This document shows positions 30,021 to 43,129 of a stretch of DNA of 64,000 nt, in pieces. Position 1 is the stretch's first letter, and each line of letters begins with the position of its first letter. Position numbers and translations under genes: made by a program. This stretch comes from Octopus vulgaris (lineage: Eukaryota), in the NCBI GenBank assembly GCA_951406725.2, contig OX597830.1, positions 20,088,001 through 20,152,000 of the forward strand, read 5' to 3'. The notes beneath the pieces are model-generated. The model saw only the letters and a list, made by a program, of their open reading frames with translations, did not search any database and was not told the origin of the DNA.

Positions 30021-30409
30021 GGAGGTGCAATGGCCCAATGGTTAGGGCAGCGGACTCGCGGTCGGAGGATCGCGATTTCGATTCCCAGACCGGGCGTTGT
30101 GTGTGTTTATTGAGCGAAAACACCTAAAGCTCCACGAGGCTCCGGCAGGTGGTGGTGGTGGCGACCCCCTGTTGTACTCTTTCGCTCCAACTTTTTCTCA
30201 CTCTTTCTTCCTGTTTCTTGTCCCCGACTTCCTACGCAACCGCTGAGCCTGGATGCGCATTCATCCATCCGTCGATGCTCTCGGTGTCGGGGGTTGACCT
30301 GCTGTCTCTTCTGCGGGTCTTACGAATAGCAAAGGACCACGTTTCGGACTTCTCCCACAAATGGGACGAAGACCGCTTCGCTCAACAGCAACAGCAACAG
30401 CAACAGCAA
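30021..30409 (+). mobile_element. SINE family R, tail type 3, ending in (CAACAG)n
   Basis: ggaggtgcaatggcccaatggttagggcagcggactcgcggtc head, shared body and a unique 3' part. Confidence 0.85.
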
Positions 30410-30659
30410 TAATAAGATAATTCTCAGCTCAATTACTTCAACAGTGATTACAAACTTCTGTTGAAAAGAATTAAAAGAAAAAGAAAAAATAAGAGAAGAA
30501 AAAAGGAAAAAAAAACCACCTCAATTACTATCACCACTACTACGACGACGATGACGGCGGTGACCACCACCACCACCACCGCAAACATCACCACCACAAG
30601 CAGTAACAGCAGCAGTAGCAGCAGCAGTACCATAACATGAACAAAAGCAATAACAATTA

Positions 30660-30908
30660 TCGCCATCACCATCATTAAAATCATCATCGTCGTCGTCAAC
30701 AGCATCATCATCATCATCATCATCATCAACAGCATCATCATCATCATCATCGTCATCATCGTCGTCGTCGTCATCATCATCATCATCATCATCAACAGCA
30801 TCATCATCATCATCATCATCATCAACAGCATCATCATCATCATCATCGTCATCATCGTCGTCGTCGTCATCATCATCATCATCATCATCGTCGTCGTCGT
30901 TGTCGTCG

Positions 30909-30944
<36 letters not shown>

Positions 30945-31099
30945 CATAAGCTATCACCGTTGCCACTCCGCCGCCAAAGACCAACCTAATCAACAATCAC
31001 CAATATCTATCACCAACGTCACAACAACCATAACAACTTGCAGTGATAGTAATAGTAGTAGTGACGGTTGTGATGGTGGTGCGATGGTGGTGGTAGTAA

Positions 31100-31167
<68 letters not shown>

Positions 31168-31458
31168 TCAGCAACAGTAGTAATGATGGTGATGGTATTA
31201 GTAGTAGTAGTAGTAGTAGTACCAACAGCAGTAATGGTTGTGGTAGTAGTAGTAATGGTGGTGGTGGTGGTGGTAGTAGTAGTAGTAGTAGTTGTTGTAG
31301 CAACAGTAGTAATGATGGTGGTGGTATTAGTAGTAGTTGTAGTAGTAGTAGTAGTACCAACAGCAGTAGTGGTGGTGGTAGTAGTAGTAATGATGGTGGT
31401 GGTGGTGGTGTTAGTTGTAGTACTAGTAGCAGCAACAGCAGCAGCAGTGATGGCGGTG

Positions 31459-31543
<85 letters not shown>

Positions 31544-31570
31544 CAGTAGTAGTAATGATGGTGGTGGTAT

Positions 31571-31627
<57 letters not shown>

Positions 31628-31810
31628 CAGTAGTAGTAATGATGGTGGTGGTATTAGTAGTAGTAGTAGTAGTAGTAGTACTAACAGCAGTAGTGGTGGT
31701 GGTAGTAGTAGTAATGATGGTGGTGGTGGTGGTGGTGGTGGTGGTGGTGGTGATAGTCGTAGTAGTAGTAGTAGTAGTAGTAGTAGTGACGGTGGTGGAG
31801 GTGGTGGTGG
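30660..31810. repeat. (CAT)n and (GTA)n/(GTG)n tracts with higher-order repetition
   Basis: Visible directly; blocks such as gtagtaatgatggtggtggtattagtag recur. Confidence 0.95.
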
Positions 31811-32308
31811 TCGAAGCGGTAACAGTAATCCGAGTAGCGATCTGGTTTAACGGTGCTTGGTTCCTTGGTTGGTTTTAGCATCAGAGAAGCCCATCTCCGT
31901 TTCTGCCTTGTCTTCGCGTTGTGACCTTCATTAGCACCGAACATCACCAATTATACAATACGTCTGGATTGCTATCTGGATCAGTCATCTTTTTGATGGA
32001 GTGGAAATTAGTATGTGCTGGTCTGGACGCTAGTAGCGGCAACAGTGGTAGTGGTAGTAGCGAGTAGCGACAGAGGTACTGGCTGTGGTGATAGTCGTTG
32101 CAGTTGAGCTGGTGGTGTGGGGAATGGTGCCCGCGGTGGTGGTAGGGGCGGTGATGGTGATGGTGATGGTGATGGTCATTTTGTGTGTGTATGGATTAGC
32201 CATCTCTTTGATGGAGTGCTTCTTAGTATGTTAGTGTCTAACTAGATGTGGTTGTAGTTGTTGTGGTGGTGATGGTGGTGATGGTAATGGTGGTGTTGAT
32301 TGTGTGTG

Positions 32309-32363
<55 letters not shown>

Positions 32364-32676
32364 ATGTATGTATGTATGTATGTATTTATGTATTTATGTA
32401 TGTGTGGACGGATGGATGGATAAATGGATAGATGGGTGGATGGATGGGTGGATGATAGGATTGATATGTCAGTGAGTATATTCGTTCACATGAATATTTA
32501 CATTTATGCGTGTGTGTGTGTGTGTATATATGTACATATATATATATATATATACTCATACACACACATATATACGTATGTGTGTATGCATGCAAATGTA
32601 CAGATGTTTATCATATTTGAGCAAGTGAATATATATGTATAAGGAAGTAGTGAGTATAGGCATGTGCTTATATATG

Positions 32677-32748
<72 letters not shown>

Positions 32749-32769
32749 CATAAATATGTACACGTATAC

Positions 32770-32816
<47 letters not shown>

Positions 32817-32888
32817 CATACATATATACACATTTATATACATATACAAATATATATATATACGTATATATATATGAATATATATATA

Positions 32889-32924
<36 letters not shown>

Positions 32925-33650
32925 TATATATGTATATACACTTATATATGTGTGTATATACATATATATATATATGAGTGTATATATATATGTATGTATG
33001 TATATATGTATGTATATATATGCATACATGCATACATATATATATATATATGTGTGTAAATACCCCTCTATGCATGTTTCTATGTTGCTGTTGACTTACT
33101 TTTGCATTTGCTTTACAATAATTTGTTGAAGGAAAGGAAGAAGTGGGGAAGGATATATTGGAAATGTAAGGGAGAGAGAGAGAGGGGGGAGAGAGAGAGA
33201 GAGAGAAATAGAGACTGAGAAAGAGAGAGAAAGGTGAGGCGATGGGCTAAGGTGTCGAGAAGAGAGATATAGACTTATATAACGAATATACGATTACGTG
33301 CAAACTCGCACACACACACACACGCATATGAATCTCTCTCTCTAAAATATATGTGAAGGAGTGCATGTATATATTCATGTATATATTCATATCTGGCTTC
33401 CCATCCATGTATCTATCTATCTATCTATCTATCCATCTATCCATATATATATATGCATGTATACACACACACACATACACACACATGCACACGCATACAC
33501 ACACACACACACACACGCACACACGCATATGAATCTCTCTCTGTCTCTCTGTCTCTCTCTCTCTGTAGATATATGTGTAAAGGCATGCATGTATATATTC
33601 ATGTGTATATTCATATTTGTCTTTCCATCCATGTACCTATCTATCTGTGA

Positions 33651-33832
33651 TAGGAGTGGCTGTGTGGGTAAGCGCAGGAGTGGCTGTGAGGTAAGTAGCT
33701 TGCTTAACAACCATATGGTTCCGGGTTCAGTCCCACTGCGTGGCACCTTGGGCAAATGTCTTCTACTATAGCCTCGGGCCGACCAAAGCCTTGTGAGTGG
33801 ATTTGGTAGACGGAAACTGAAAGAAGCTCGTC

Positions 33833-33834
<2 letters not shown>
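33651..33834 (+). mobile_element. SINE family K 5' half with duplicated head
   Basis: aggagtggctgtg occurs twice; a family K 3' half lies at 34605-34835. Confidence 0.88.
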
Positions 33835-33890
<56 letters not shown>

Positions 33891-33897
<7 letters not shown>

Positions 33898-34073
33898 GAA
33901 GGAGCTTCTACAGGACTAGAACTGTTTCATTCAAGAGAAATCTTCCTGAAGATTTCTCTTGAATGAAACAGTTCTAGTCCTGTAGAAGCTCCTTCTATAT
34001 AATAAATTAGTTTTACTCTGCTATGTATTGAGTACCTTATTTACTGTGGTTAACCCCGAATCAACCCGGGACC

Positions 34074-34077
<4 letters not shown>
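33891..34077 (+). mobile_element. Fold-back element: perfect 55 bp inverted repeat with an HHR-like core at the apex
   Basis: 33891-33945 is the exact reverse complement of 33948-34002; its 3' part recurs inverted at 38606-38685. Confidence 0.8.
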
Positions 34078-34121
<44 letters not shown>

Positions 34122-34128
34122 AATATAT

Positions 34129-34314
34129 TTGCCATGATTCACCATGATAGATCGCTAGCCACTACACATTCTTTATTTTCTCTCCTTGTTTCTTTCTGTG
34201 AAAGAGCGTAGGCTCGAAAGGTTAAAGACTTTTTCACTTCCCGAGCGTTAAACTAATACATCTGTTTGTTGTCTACACCGCTTGACTTCGCGCTTTTTTC
34301 TTTGTGAATTCTCC

Positions 34315-34316
<2 letters not shown>
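34129..34316 (+). mobile_element. Short HHR-variant element
   Basis: TCTTT-CTGTGAAA-GAGC-GTAG-GCTC-GAAAGGTT-AAAGA at 34191-34228; homologous to 24008 and 51708. Confidence 0.78.
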
Positions 34317-34362
<46 letters not shown>

Positions 34363-35115
34363 CTGTATAAGTCGAAAAAATTAGAGGTCTATAGAAATCA
34401 AATGTTTATATATAAAAGACGGAGGTGGTGGAAATAGCGCAGAAGTAAGTCTGAGACATTTCAATTTAGAAAGAATTTGATAAAAATGATTTTTAAAATT
34501 ATATAAAGAAAATATTACTGGTTTCGATGATGAATCTCATCAGTAAAAATTTATAAAAATCTGAAGTAAAAACAGTTTATCATCTGTCTGGGGGCCAAAA
34601 ACATATCTGGAAATATGTGTGCGAGTCTGTGTGTGTGTGTGTGTGTGTGATTTATGTCTATGTTTGTACCCCCAACTCCAATTGGCAACCTGCGTTGATG
34701 TGTTTAATCCCCGTAATCGATAGAATATATACCAGACTTTAAAAAAAAGCCCTGGGTTTGATTTGTTCAACTAAGAATACCCTTCAAGGCTTTACCAGCA
34801 TGGATGTAGTGAAATAAGTGAAACAAGTAAAAGATAAACGATAAACGATATTCTAAATTCTTTCCTTTTTATTGTAATTTCATGTAGACGTTGGTCATAA
34901 CACCGACTAAATTCTTCGAATTAGTTGTTGAGGACGTCGTTGAATAAATGTCTCAATTTGACGAATTAAGATATTGTTCGTGAATCTTATCTATGACCAA
35001 CTACCACACATTCACATATTCACATACACACTCACACACACACATAAATGTTACAGTTTGTAAGAAATGAAAAAGAATGTACTCAATACTTGACGTAGAG
35101 CATATATATATGTGT

Positions 35116-35584
<469 letters not shown>

Positions 35585-36010
35585 AACCAAACTGCATTAC
35601 ACATTAGGTATCAAACAACTCCTTTCAATCCGCCATATTTTATATCAAACATTATCGTACTACGCCAGCTTTCATTCCACCATATTATATATCAGACAAC
35701 ACTAAATGATGCTTTCTTCAATCCTTCAACATTAGATATCAAACATTATCACAGTACATTCAGTCGCTCCACATTTGGTATCAAACAACACCATACCAGC
35801 TTCCATTCCACCATATTATTTATCAAACATTATTAGATGATTCTTCATTCCTTCCATATTTAGAATCCAACATCTACCTACCGTGTTATACAGTAAACAA
35901 AACAACTATCACCATCACTATTATTACCATGACCGACCACAACTACCACCGCCACCACCACCGCCACCGCCACCGCCATCGCCGCCGCCGCCGCCACCAC
36001 CACGACGACG

Positions 36011-36042
<32 letters not shown>

Positions 36043-36457
36043 CACCACCACCGCCAGCGCCGCCACCACTACCATCAACACCACCACGATCCACACTACT
36101 ACCACTACAACTACAATCACCAGCAACAACCTTGTCACCGCCGCCACCACCACCACCACCACCACCGTCATTATAAATAACAGCACAACTCTCACCAAGA
36201 CAATAATCACAACCACCACCACCACCACCACTACAACAATGATCACCTCCAACACAGCTACCATCACCACCACTACCACCACCACCACCACCAACGACAC
36301 CACCATCACCACCACCACCACCACCAGCTTTACCGCCACCACGACGTTGCTACTCACCTTATTTACAAAACAGTAAAGTCTTAACTACAACATGAGCAGG
36401 CGATATTAAAACAGATGGACAGCGCTGACATAAAAACATCATCTTCCGTATGTATTG

Positions 36458-36504
<47 letters not shown>

Positions 36505-36669
36505 AAACAGACAATATGTAATATATATACTTGGGTATACGCAGCTGTGTGTATAGTTTGTATTAATCATTCATGTTGCGGTAACAAAGCATTTTACTAT
36601 GATGTAACTAGACGTATTTCTAGTTGTTTTGTGCGCATTTAAACGTTTATGTAACCGATGTCTGTTTGT

Positions 36670-36765
<96 letters not shown>

Positions 36766-36788
36766 TATATATGAATGCATATGTATGC

Positions 36789-36826
<38 letters not shown>

Positions 36827-37000
36827 ACATATATACGTGTTGAAATACTCGGGACAGTAGGACATACACATTCACATACACATATATAAAAACACTCCTA
36901 CGTTCGTACATGCATACACATATGTATATATACACATATTCAAGTATATATACATATGTATGTATATATATATGTATATATATATATATAATATATATAC

Positions 37001-37063
<63 letters not shown>

Positions 37064-38099
37064 CATACATATGCATTTGTATTTATATATGTACACGTAT
37101 TTTCATATTATGCATGCTCGTGTGTTCGTGTGTGTATATATATAGAGTTAGAGAGATGCATAAAATGCAGATAGATAGACAGATAGATCTGTGTGTGTGT
37201 GTGTGTTTGTGTGTATGAGTGTGTGTGTGTGTATGAGTGTGTGTGTGGAAAGATATATAATACATTTAAACAATGCATGTAATACGTCTCTTTGCAGACA
37301 CCTTGGCACACATACACACACATTTATGCTCATACATATGTGTATATGTCATGGTCGTGAGTATATGTATGCGTGTGTGGTATGTGTGTCTGTGTGTGTA
37401 AGTGTGTATGTTTGAGCGTGCGTACGTGTGTATGTGTGTGTGTGTGTGTTTATGCTACTTATTAAATATGAAAACATATTCTCTATAAAAGAATCGGATA
37501 CCTGCAAGAAACAAGAAAGAACAACAACAATAGCAACAGCAACATTGACAACAACAATAGTAATAACAACAACAATGGCAGCAATGAATATAAAAAAATA
37601 AGAAAACCAAAAACAAAAAACAAAAAAAAGAACTCGGACGAACCAATTGCTTCTTAAACTGTTGCAAAGATTGGTTATTTTGCCAGACAAGTACGTTTTT
37701 GGAATAAGGAATTCTGCGATACAATGGCAGAGTTTATTGAATACATGACTAGAATAAAGAACGAACGTGTTGAGGGAAGAACTATACATAATTCCATCGG
37801 AGGAAATATGTGTGGAATCTTCTAGTCTCAAAAAAAAAAAAAAAAAAAGAGAAAAGAAGAAGGAAAAGAAACGGAAGCAAACAAACGAAAAGAAAAAGAA
37901 AATGGAAAAGAATAGAAAATGGTACGCTGAAAGTCAGCATGGTGGTTTTATTTTTTCTTTTTGCATTGTTATTAGATTGAGTTAGGTATTTATGTTCAGG
38001 TCAACCTCCATGGAACATTACAGTCTAACTTCTAGCTATTGTCTTTCATTTTCATTGAGAAATACATCCAGTATATATATATACATATATATATATATA

Positions 38100-38367
38100 T
38101 GCCTGCTCGTGAAATTAACGTGCAAGTGACCGAGCAATCCACAGACACGCGTACCCGTAACGTAGTTCTCAGGGAGATTCAGCGTGACACAGAGTGTGAC
38201 AAGGCCGGCCCTTTTTGAAATACAGGTACTACTCATTTTTACCAGCTGAGTGAACTGGAGCAACGTGAAATAAAGTGTCTTGTTCAAGGACACAACGCGT
38301 CGCCAGGAATCGAACTCACGACCTTACAATCGTGAGCCGAATGCCCTAACCACTAAGCCACGCGCCT
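38100..38367 (-). mobile_element. SINE family C (CORE-like)
   Basis: Minus strand ggcgcgtggcttagtggttaggg...gagttcgattcc...gtgtccttgaacaagacactttatttcac. Confidence 0.88.
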
Positions 38368-38518
38368 TCATATATATTTGTTTTATCTTGACTATTGAGT
38401 AATGTAACATATTATTTTATAGATAAATTTCCTCTATTTACATAATATTGAGGTCTCTTTCTTTCTTTTGTTATCTTACCGTTTTTACCAATATATGTAT
38501 ATATATATATATATGTAT

Positions 38519-38609
<91 letters not shown>

Positions 38610-38706
38610 GGTCCCGGGTTGAGTCGGGGTTAACCACAGTAAATAAGGTACTCAATACATAGCAGAGTAAATTAATTTATTTTATATATATATATATATA
38701 TATATT

Positions 38707-39171
38707 CACCATATTAGGTCAGTTAAAACTACCCTACTACTAAAATGTAAACTTTTTTGAACCTATAATTTTCTGTGTATATATATATACAGATACAATA
38801 CCAATATTCCACTGAACTTTTTAATAATTCTTTCTGGAAAATGTCTTTAACCTTTTCTTAAGAATGTATATATATATTGTAATCTTTTGTGCCCAATATT
38901 TTAATGAACTTGTTAAACTTTTTTATAATTTCCCAAGATTTTCCTTTGTAAACTGTTCTTAACATGTTCTTATTATCAAAGAATGTCTTATATATATTGT
39001 AATATTTTGTGACAACCAGTACCTAACACAACCAAGCTTTTACATGTTACTTTTGACAATCTTTTTCTAAAAAAGTGAAACCGGTAAAGTAAATAAACAT
39101 CTTTTAAAACTGCATTTTCAAACCTTCTTTCATATATAATTCCACTCGTGCGGTACCTTACAACTCCACTT

Positions 39172-39173
<2 letters not shown>
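38707..39173 (+). mobile_element. AT-rich element in (TA)n with a degenerate minimal hammerhead
   Basis: TTACTT-ttgacaa-(t)CTTTTT.AAAAAG(t)-GAAACCGGTA-AAGTAA at 39047-39092. Confidence 0.55.
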
Positions 39174-39219
<46 letters not shown>

Positions 39220-39220
<1 letters not shown>

Positions 39221-40396
39221 CAGGCTGAATAAAAACTTAGCAACGTTTTGGACCATGAAGAATTTTTACCGGATTTTTGCAGAGTTTTGAATTTTGTTTT
39301 AAACATTATTTTGCAATTGTCTGATAATACAGACATAGACTTGCCCAAATGTATCAATAAATTGACATTAATAATTGTTTCACCGTTGTTACAATAATCT
39401 GAAATGGAACTTTCAAAGCGCGATATTCGAGTAATTTTGCTATTCAACTTCAAAAAAGGACGTAAAGAAGCTGAAACTGCTCGCGATATCAACGAAACGT
39501 TTGGTGAGGAAATGACCATTGAGTGGTCAGCTCGAAAATGATTTAAACGAGTTCGCAGTGGAGACCTGGGCCTTGAGGACCGTGTGCGTAGTGGACGCCC
39601 ATCTCTCTTCAATGACGGTCAATTAAAGACCGTTATTGAGAATTGTCCACGTAAAACCACTCGAGAACTGGTAAAAGAACTTCAAGTTAGCCAGAAAATT
39701 GCAACCATTTGCATGCGATCGGAAAATCAAAAAAGCTCAACAAATGGGTACCACACGATTTGAACGAAATCAGAAAATGTGCAGATTTGCTCGTCGCTTC
39801 TTTGTAACCAGACGGATCCATTTTTCGACCATATTGTAACTTGCGATGAAAAGTGGACTCTGTACAATAATAAAAAAACGTTATTCACAATGGTTGGACG
39901 AAAATGATGCACCGAAAACTTTCCCTAAACCCAAGCTCTTCGAAAAGGTTATGGTGACCGTTTGGTGATGTACTGCTGGGGTCATCCATTATAACTTCTT
40001 ACATGAAAAACTGCTTCGCCTCCGTCTTAGACAATGCTCGAATACACGTTTCACCAATGACACTCCAGAAGCTGAGGGAACTTGGCTACGAAGTTCTTCC
40101 CTACCCAGCTTATTCCCCAGACCTTTCTCTTACCGACTTCCACTTTTTTCAAGCACCTTGATGGTTTCCTACGAGAGAAGGAGTTGATCAATCAAACCGA
40201 TGCTGAAAGTGTGTTCAAAGAGTTCATCAGCTCCACAACTCCAGATTTTCATGTTACCAAAGTAAACAAACTTGCAACTCGTTGGCAAAAATGTGTTGAT
40301 TGTAATGGTACTTATTTTGATGAATAAGATTTCCGCATTGTTGAAATATATTGTCATGAATTTCACGTTTCAAAACGTTGCTTACTTTTTACTCAG

Positions 40397-40401
<5 letters not shown>
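39220..40401 (+). mobile_element. Near-full-length decayed mariner (Hsmar1/cecropia-like) inserted in (TA)n
   Basis: 31 bp TIRs (tcaggctgaataaaaacttagcaacgttttg versus reverse complement tcagactgagtaaaaagtaagcaacgttttg) with TA flanks. Confidence 0.95.
39404..40327 (+). pseudogene. Mariner transposase pseudogene (stops, frameshifts, internal deletion)
   Basis: MELSKRDIRVILLFNFKKGRKEAETARDINETFG...RSGRP, then KWVPHDL, VTCDEKW, YSPDLSLTDFH and RWQKCVDCNGTYFDE*. Confidence 0.93.
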
Positions 40402-40449
<48 letters not shown>

Positions 40450-41269
40450 TGAATGTGTGTGTGTGTGCGCGCGCATTATGCTTTGGAGGGTCATTTTGCA
40501 AATAAAGCACACGCACTGACTGTGTTTAATTTCTTACTATCATTCAAGTAATTTAATAATCAATCGCGAATTGAATGCAATTATTAATAATAACATTATA
40601 AGGCATAATTATGTGTGTTAAAAAGCCTTTGGATGGAAAAAAAATCCTGAAAAGCTACCCGTTCGACTTAACCGTGCACCTTCTCTAACCATAACCAAAG
40701 TAACCTTCCACTTTTCTATGACTAAATTAGACACTTGAATCTTACAGGGGCGGAAGTTTATTTATATTCAGAATATAAATATAATATATAAATTTAGAAC
40801 AGGAATAGAAATCTCGCTTGAGAGATTAAAGTATTTATTTTAATGGTAGGATGATAGAATGTTACATTGCTTATTTGATTGGTACCACTTTTAGCATAGT
40901 TACAGAAAATACGATGTTCGAATCCCGTCGGTAGCTCTTGGCTCCTTTTCTAAGGGTTTCTTTTTAACTCAATACATCACAAGATATTATACTAGAGAAC
41001 TTGAACTTTGGTGTCTGAGATGTTAGATATGTTTTTTTTTTATGAAGTTTTGATTCTAAATACGCCATTTGTTTTTCTCTAACAGCCCTGGTTATTGAAA
41101 TATGCTATACCCATAATTGCTATGCATACAGCCGTCCCAGTGGTCAGAAAGTTCGTCCGCCACTCAAACCCCGTGTCTGGACGGTCCGGTGTGCCGAGTG
41201 TGAATCGTTTTGGCACAGCCGCTTCGGCACCGCTTATTTGGCGTCGTTGATCTATTTGGCACAACAAAA

Positions 41270-41443
41270 TTTGATATTTTTCTCGTTTTTAAGACGGTAA
41301 GATGACAAGATGGCAGAATTGTTAGCACACCGGGCAAAGTATACTTTACGTTCGTAAAGGCGGGCTAAGTATACTTTGCCCGGTGTGCTAACAATTCTGC
41401 CATCTTGTCATCTTACCGTCTTAAAAACGAGAAAAATATCAAA
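41270..41443. repeat. Perfect 77 bp inverted repeat with 20 nt spacer overlapping a family M SINE head
   Basis: 41270-41346 is the reverse complement of 41367-41443; the SINE resumes at 41444 and runs to about 41580. Confidence 0.92.
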
Positions 41444-42056
41444 GTTCGAGTTCAGTCGACGTCGATTTTACCTTTCATCATTTCGGGGTCAATAACATAA
41501 ATACTACTTGATGGCTTGGGTCAATGTAATCGACTTACTACATCCTCCAAAAGTGCTGGCCCTGTGCAAAAAATTGAAACTAGAATTTCTCTCATTTAGA
41601 ATGTTTCGCTCGTTTCCTCTGTTTCGCTCTCTCTCATTTTCTTCCTTTCTTTCTTTTATTCTTTCTTTCTTTCTTCTCTCTGTTCATGTCGTATTGACGG
41701 CATTGCTGTCCTGGGTCAGTATAATAACGAATTAGCGCACTTGATATCTTGAATTTCGTCAAGTGCTCACAGTTATGTGCTATTCATACATCGCTATTGA
41801 CCGTACGTCAACCTTTGCATTCGATAAATAATTGACAGTGAGAACGAGCAGAGGTATTCGGGGGTGGGGAATACAGAATGGTGTATATATAAATTTCCTT
41901 TACCTTGTGTGTGAGTTCCAAACTTATATATACACCATTCTGCTAAAACAATGGAACTACAAATACAGTTTCCTCACGTATCTCACGTCTGTTTTTATTC
42001 CTCCACTTAACTCTGTATTTCGTATCTTCTCTATTACTTAAACATTTTCTCGCACC

Positions 42057-42104
42057 GTCTCCGATGATGGGATATATAAAATATCCCGGAAACAGCTGTA
42101 AGGC
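42057..42104 (+). ncRNA. Type I hammerhead ribozyme motif (CCGAUGA core variant)
   Basis: GUCU | CCGAUGA | UGGGAUAU-AUAAA-AUAUCCCG | GAA-ACAGCUGU-A | AGGC; stems I and II pair and stem III is palindromic. Confidence 0.75.
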
Positions 42105-42325
42105 CTTCTCTTTATAAATGTTCTGAAAACTATACACAGCCTTAGATTTTTTTTTATCTCATTCTGTTAATTATTATATAGATGCATGCTAAAACATGAC
42201 CAACGTTGGACTCCTCATTCGTATGATTATCGAACCTGGAGCTTAACTATGATCTGTCCATAGCACTTACTCAGCATTACCTGACACCTTTGGGTCTTCT
42301 TGACACCAATACCTCTCATACCCTC

Positions 42326-42413
<88 letters not shown>

Positions 42414-42418
<5 letters not shown>

Positions 42419-43129
42419 CTAATGTAGGATAAATTTTTTTTCGAGAAAAAAATTTTATCTATGGCCTGCATATCAAAAAATACCTTTAAAGGTTAAATTC
42501 ATAAATAATTTACAAAATAAGGGCAAAAGAAAAATTCAAATGTCAAATATGCCGAAAAAAAGACAAAAATTGTCAATAACCATTATAATTTATGCGTCTC
42601 GAAACAAACCGATAGAAATTTCTAAAAAATCCGTTATTACCGTATTGGTCCAATTTCGGGATAATTCATAAGAATTTTCCCCTCTTTAACCTTTAAAGGT
42701 ATTTTTTGATATGCTTGCCATTGATAAAATTTATTTCCCGAAAAAAATTTTATCCTACATTAGTTATAAATTGAATAGTGTTCACTTCCGGATTCTTTCA
42801 CTCTGTGAAAGTTTCTAGTTCGAATCACACGTGTCTCGAGATGTGCCGAAGTTTTTCTATTTTGGATATATTTGGGGTACTTAGGTCTGCTCAGGACTTA
42901 GTACTTGCTTTTGCCATGGGTATGAGTAAGTATTTCACTTATATCCCACGTATTTATCGCTGAAGAGGGGAAAATTCTTATGAATTAACCCCGAAATTGG
43001 GACCAATACGATTTTTTAGAAATTTCTATCGGTTTGTTTCGAGACGCATAAATTATAATGGTAATTGACAATTTTTGTCTTTTTTTCGGCATATTTGGCA
43101 TTTGAATTTTTCTTTTGCCCTTATTTTGT

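Noticed and set aside
30021-30095. tRNA-like sequence (also 13190-13258, 35154, 38300-38367, 55305)
   Set aside because: These are SINE heads with A/B boxes that continue into repeat bodies and lack a proper acceptor stem; not tRNA genes.
33310-33645. Diverged ~210 bp tandem duplication (a similar one lies at 31975 and 32192)
   Set aside because: Ordinary local duplication of low-complexity DNA with no additional signal.
37657-37825. About 55-codon protein-like open frame (FARQVRFWNKEFCDTMAEF...)
   Set aside because: Short, bounded by stops, with no supporting splice sites or recognisable family.
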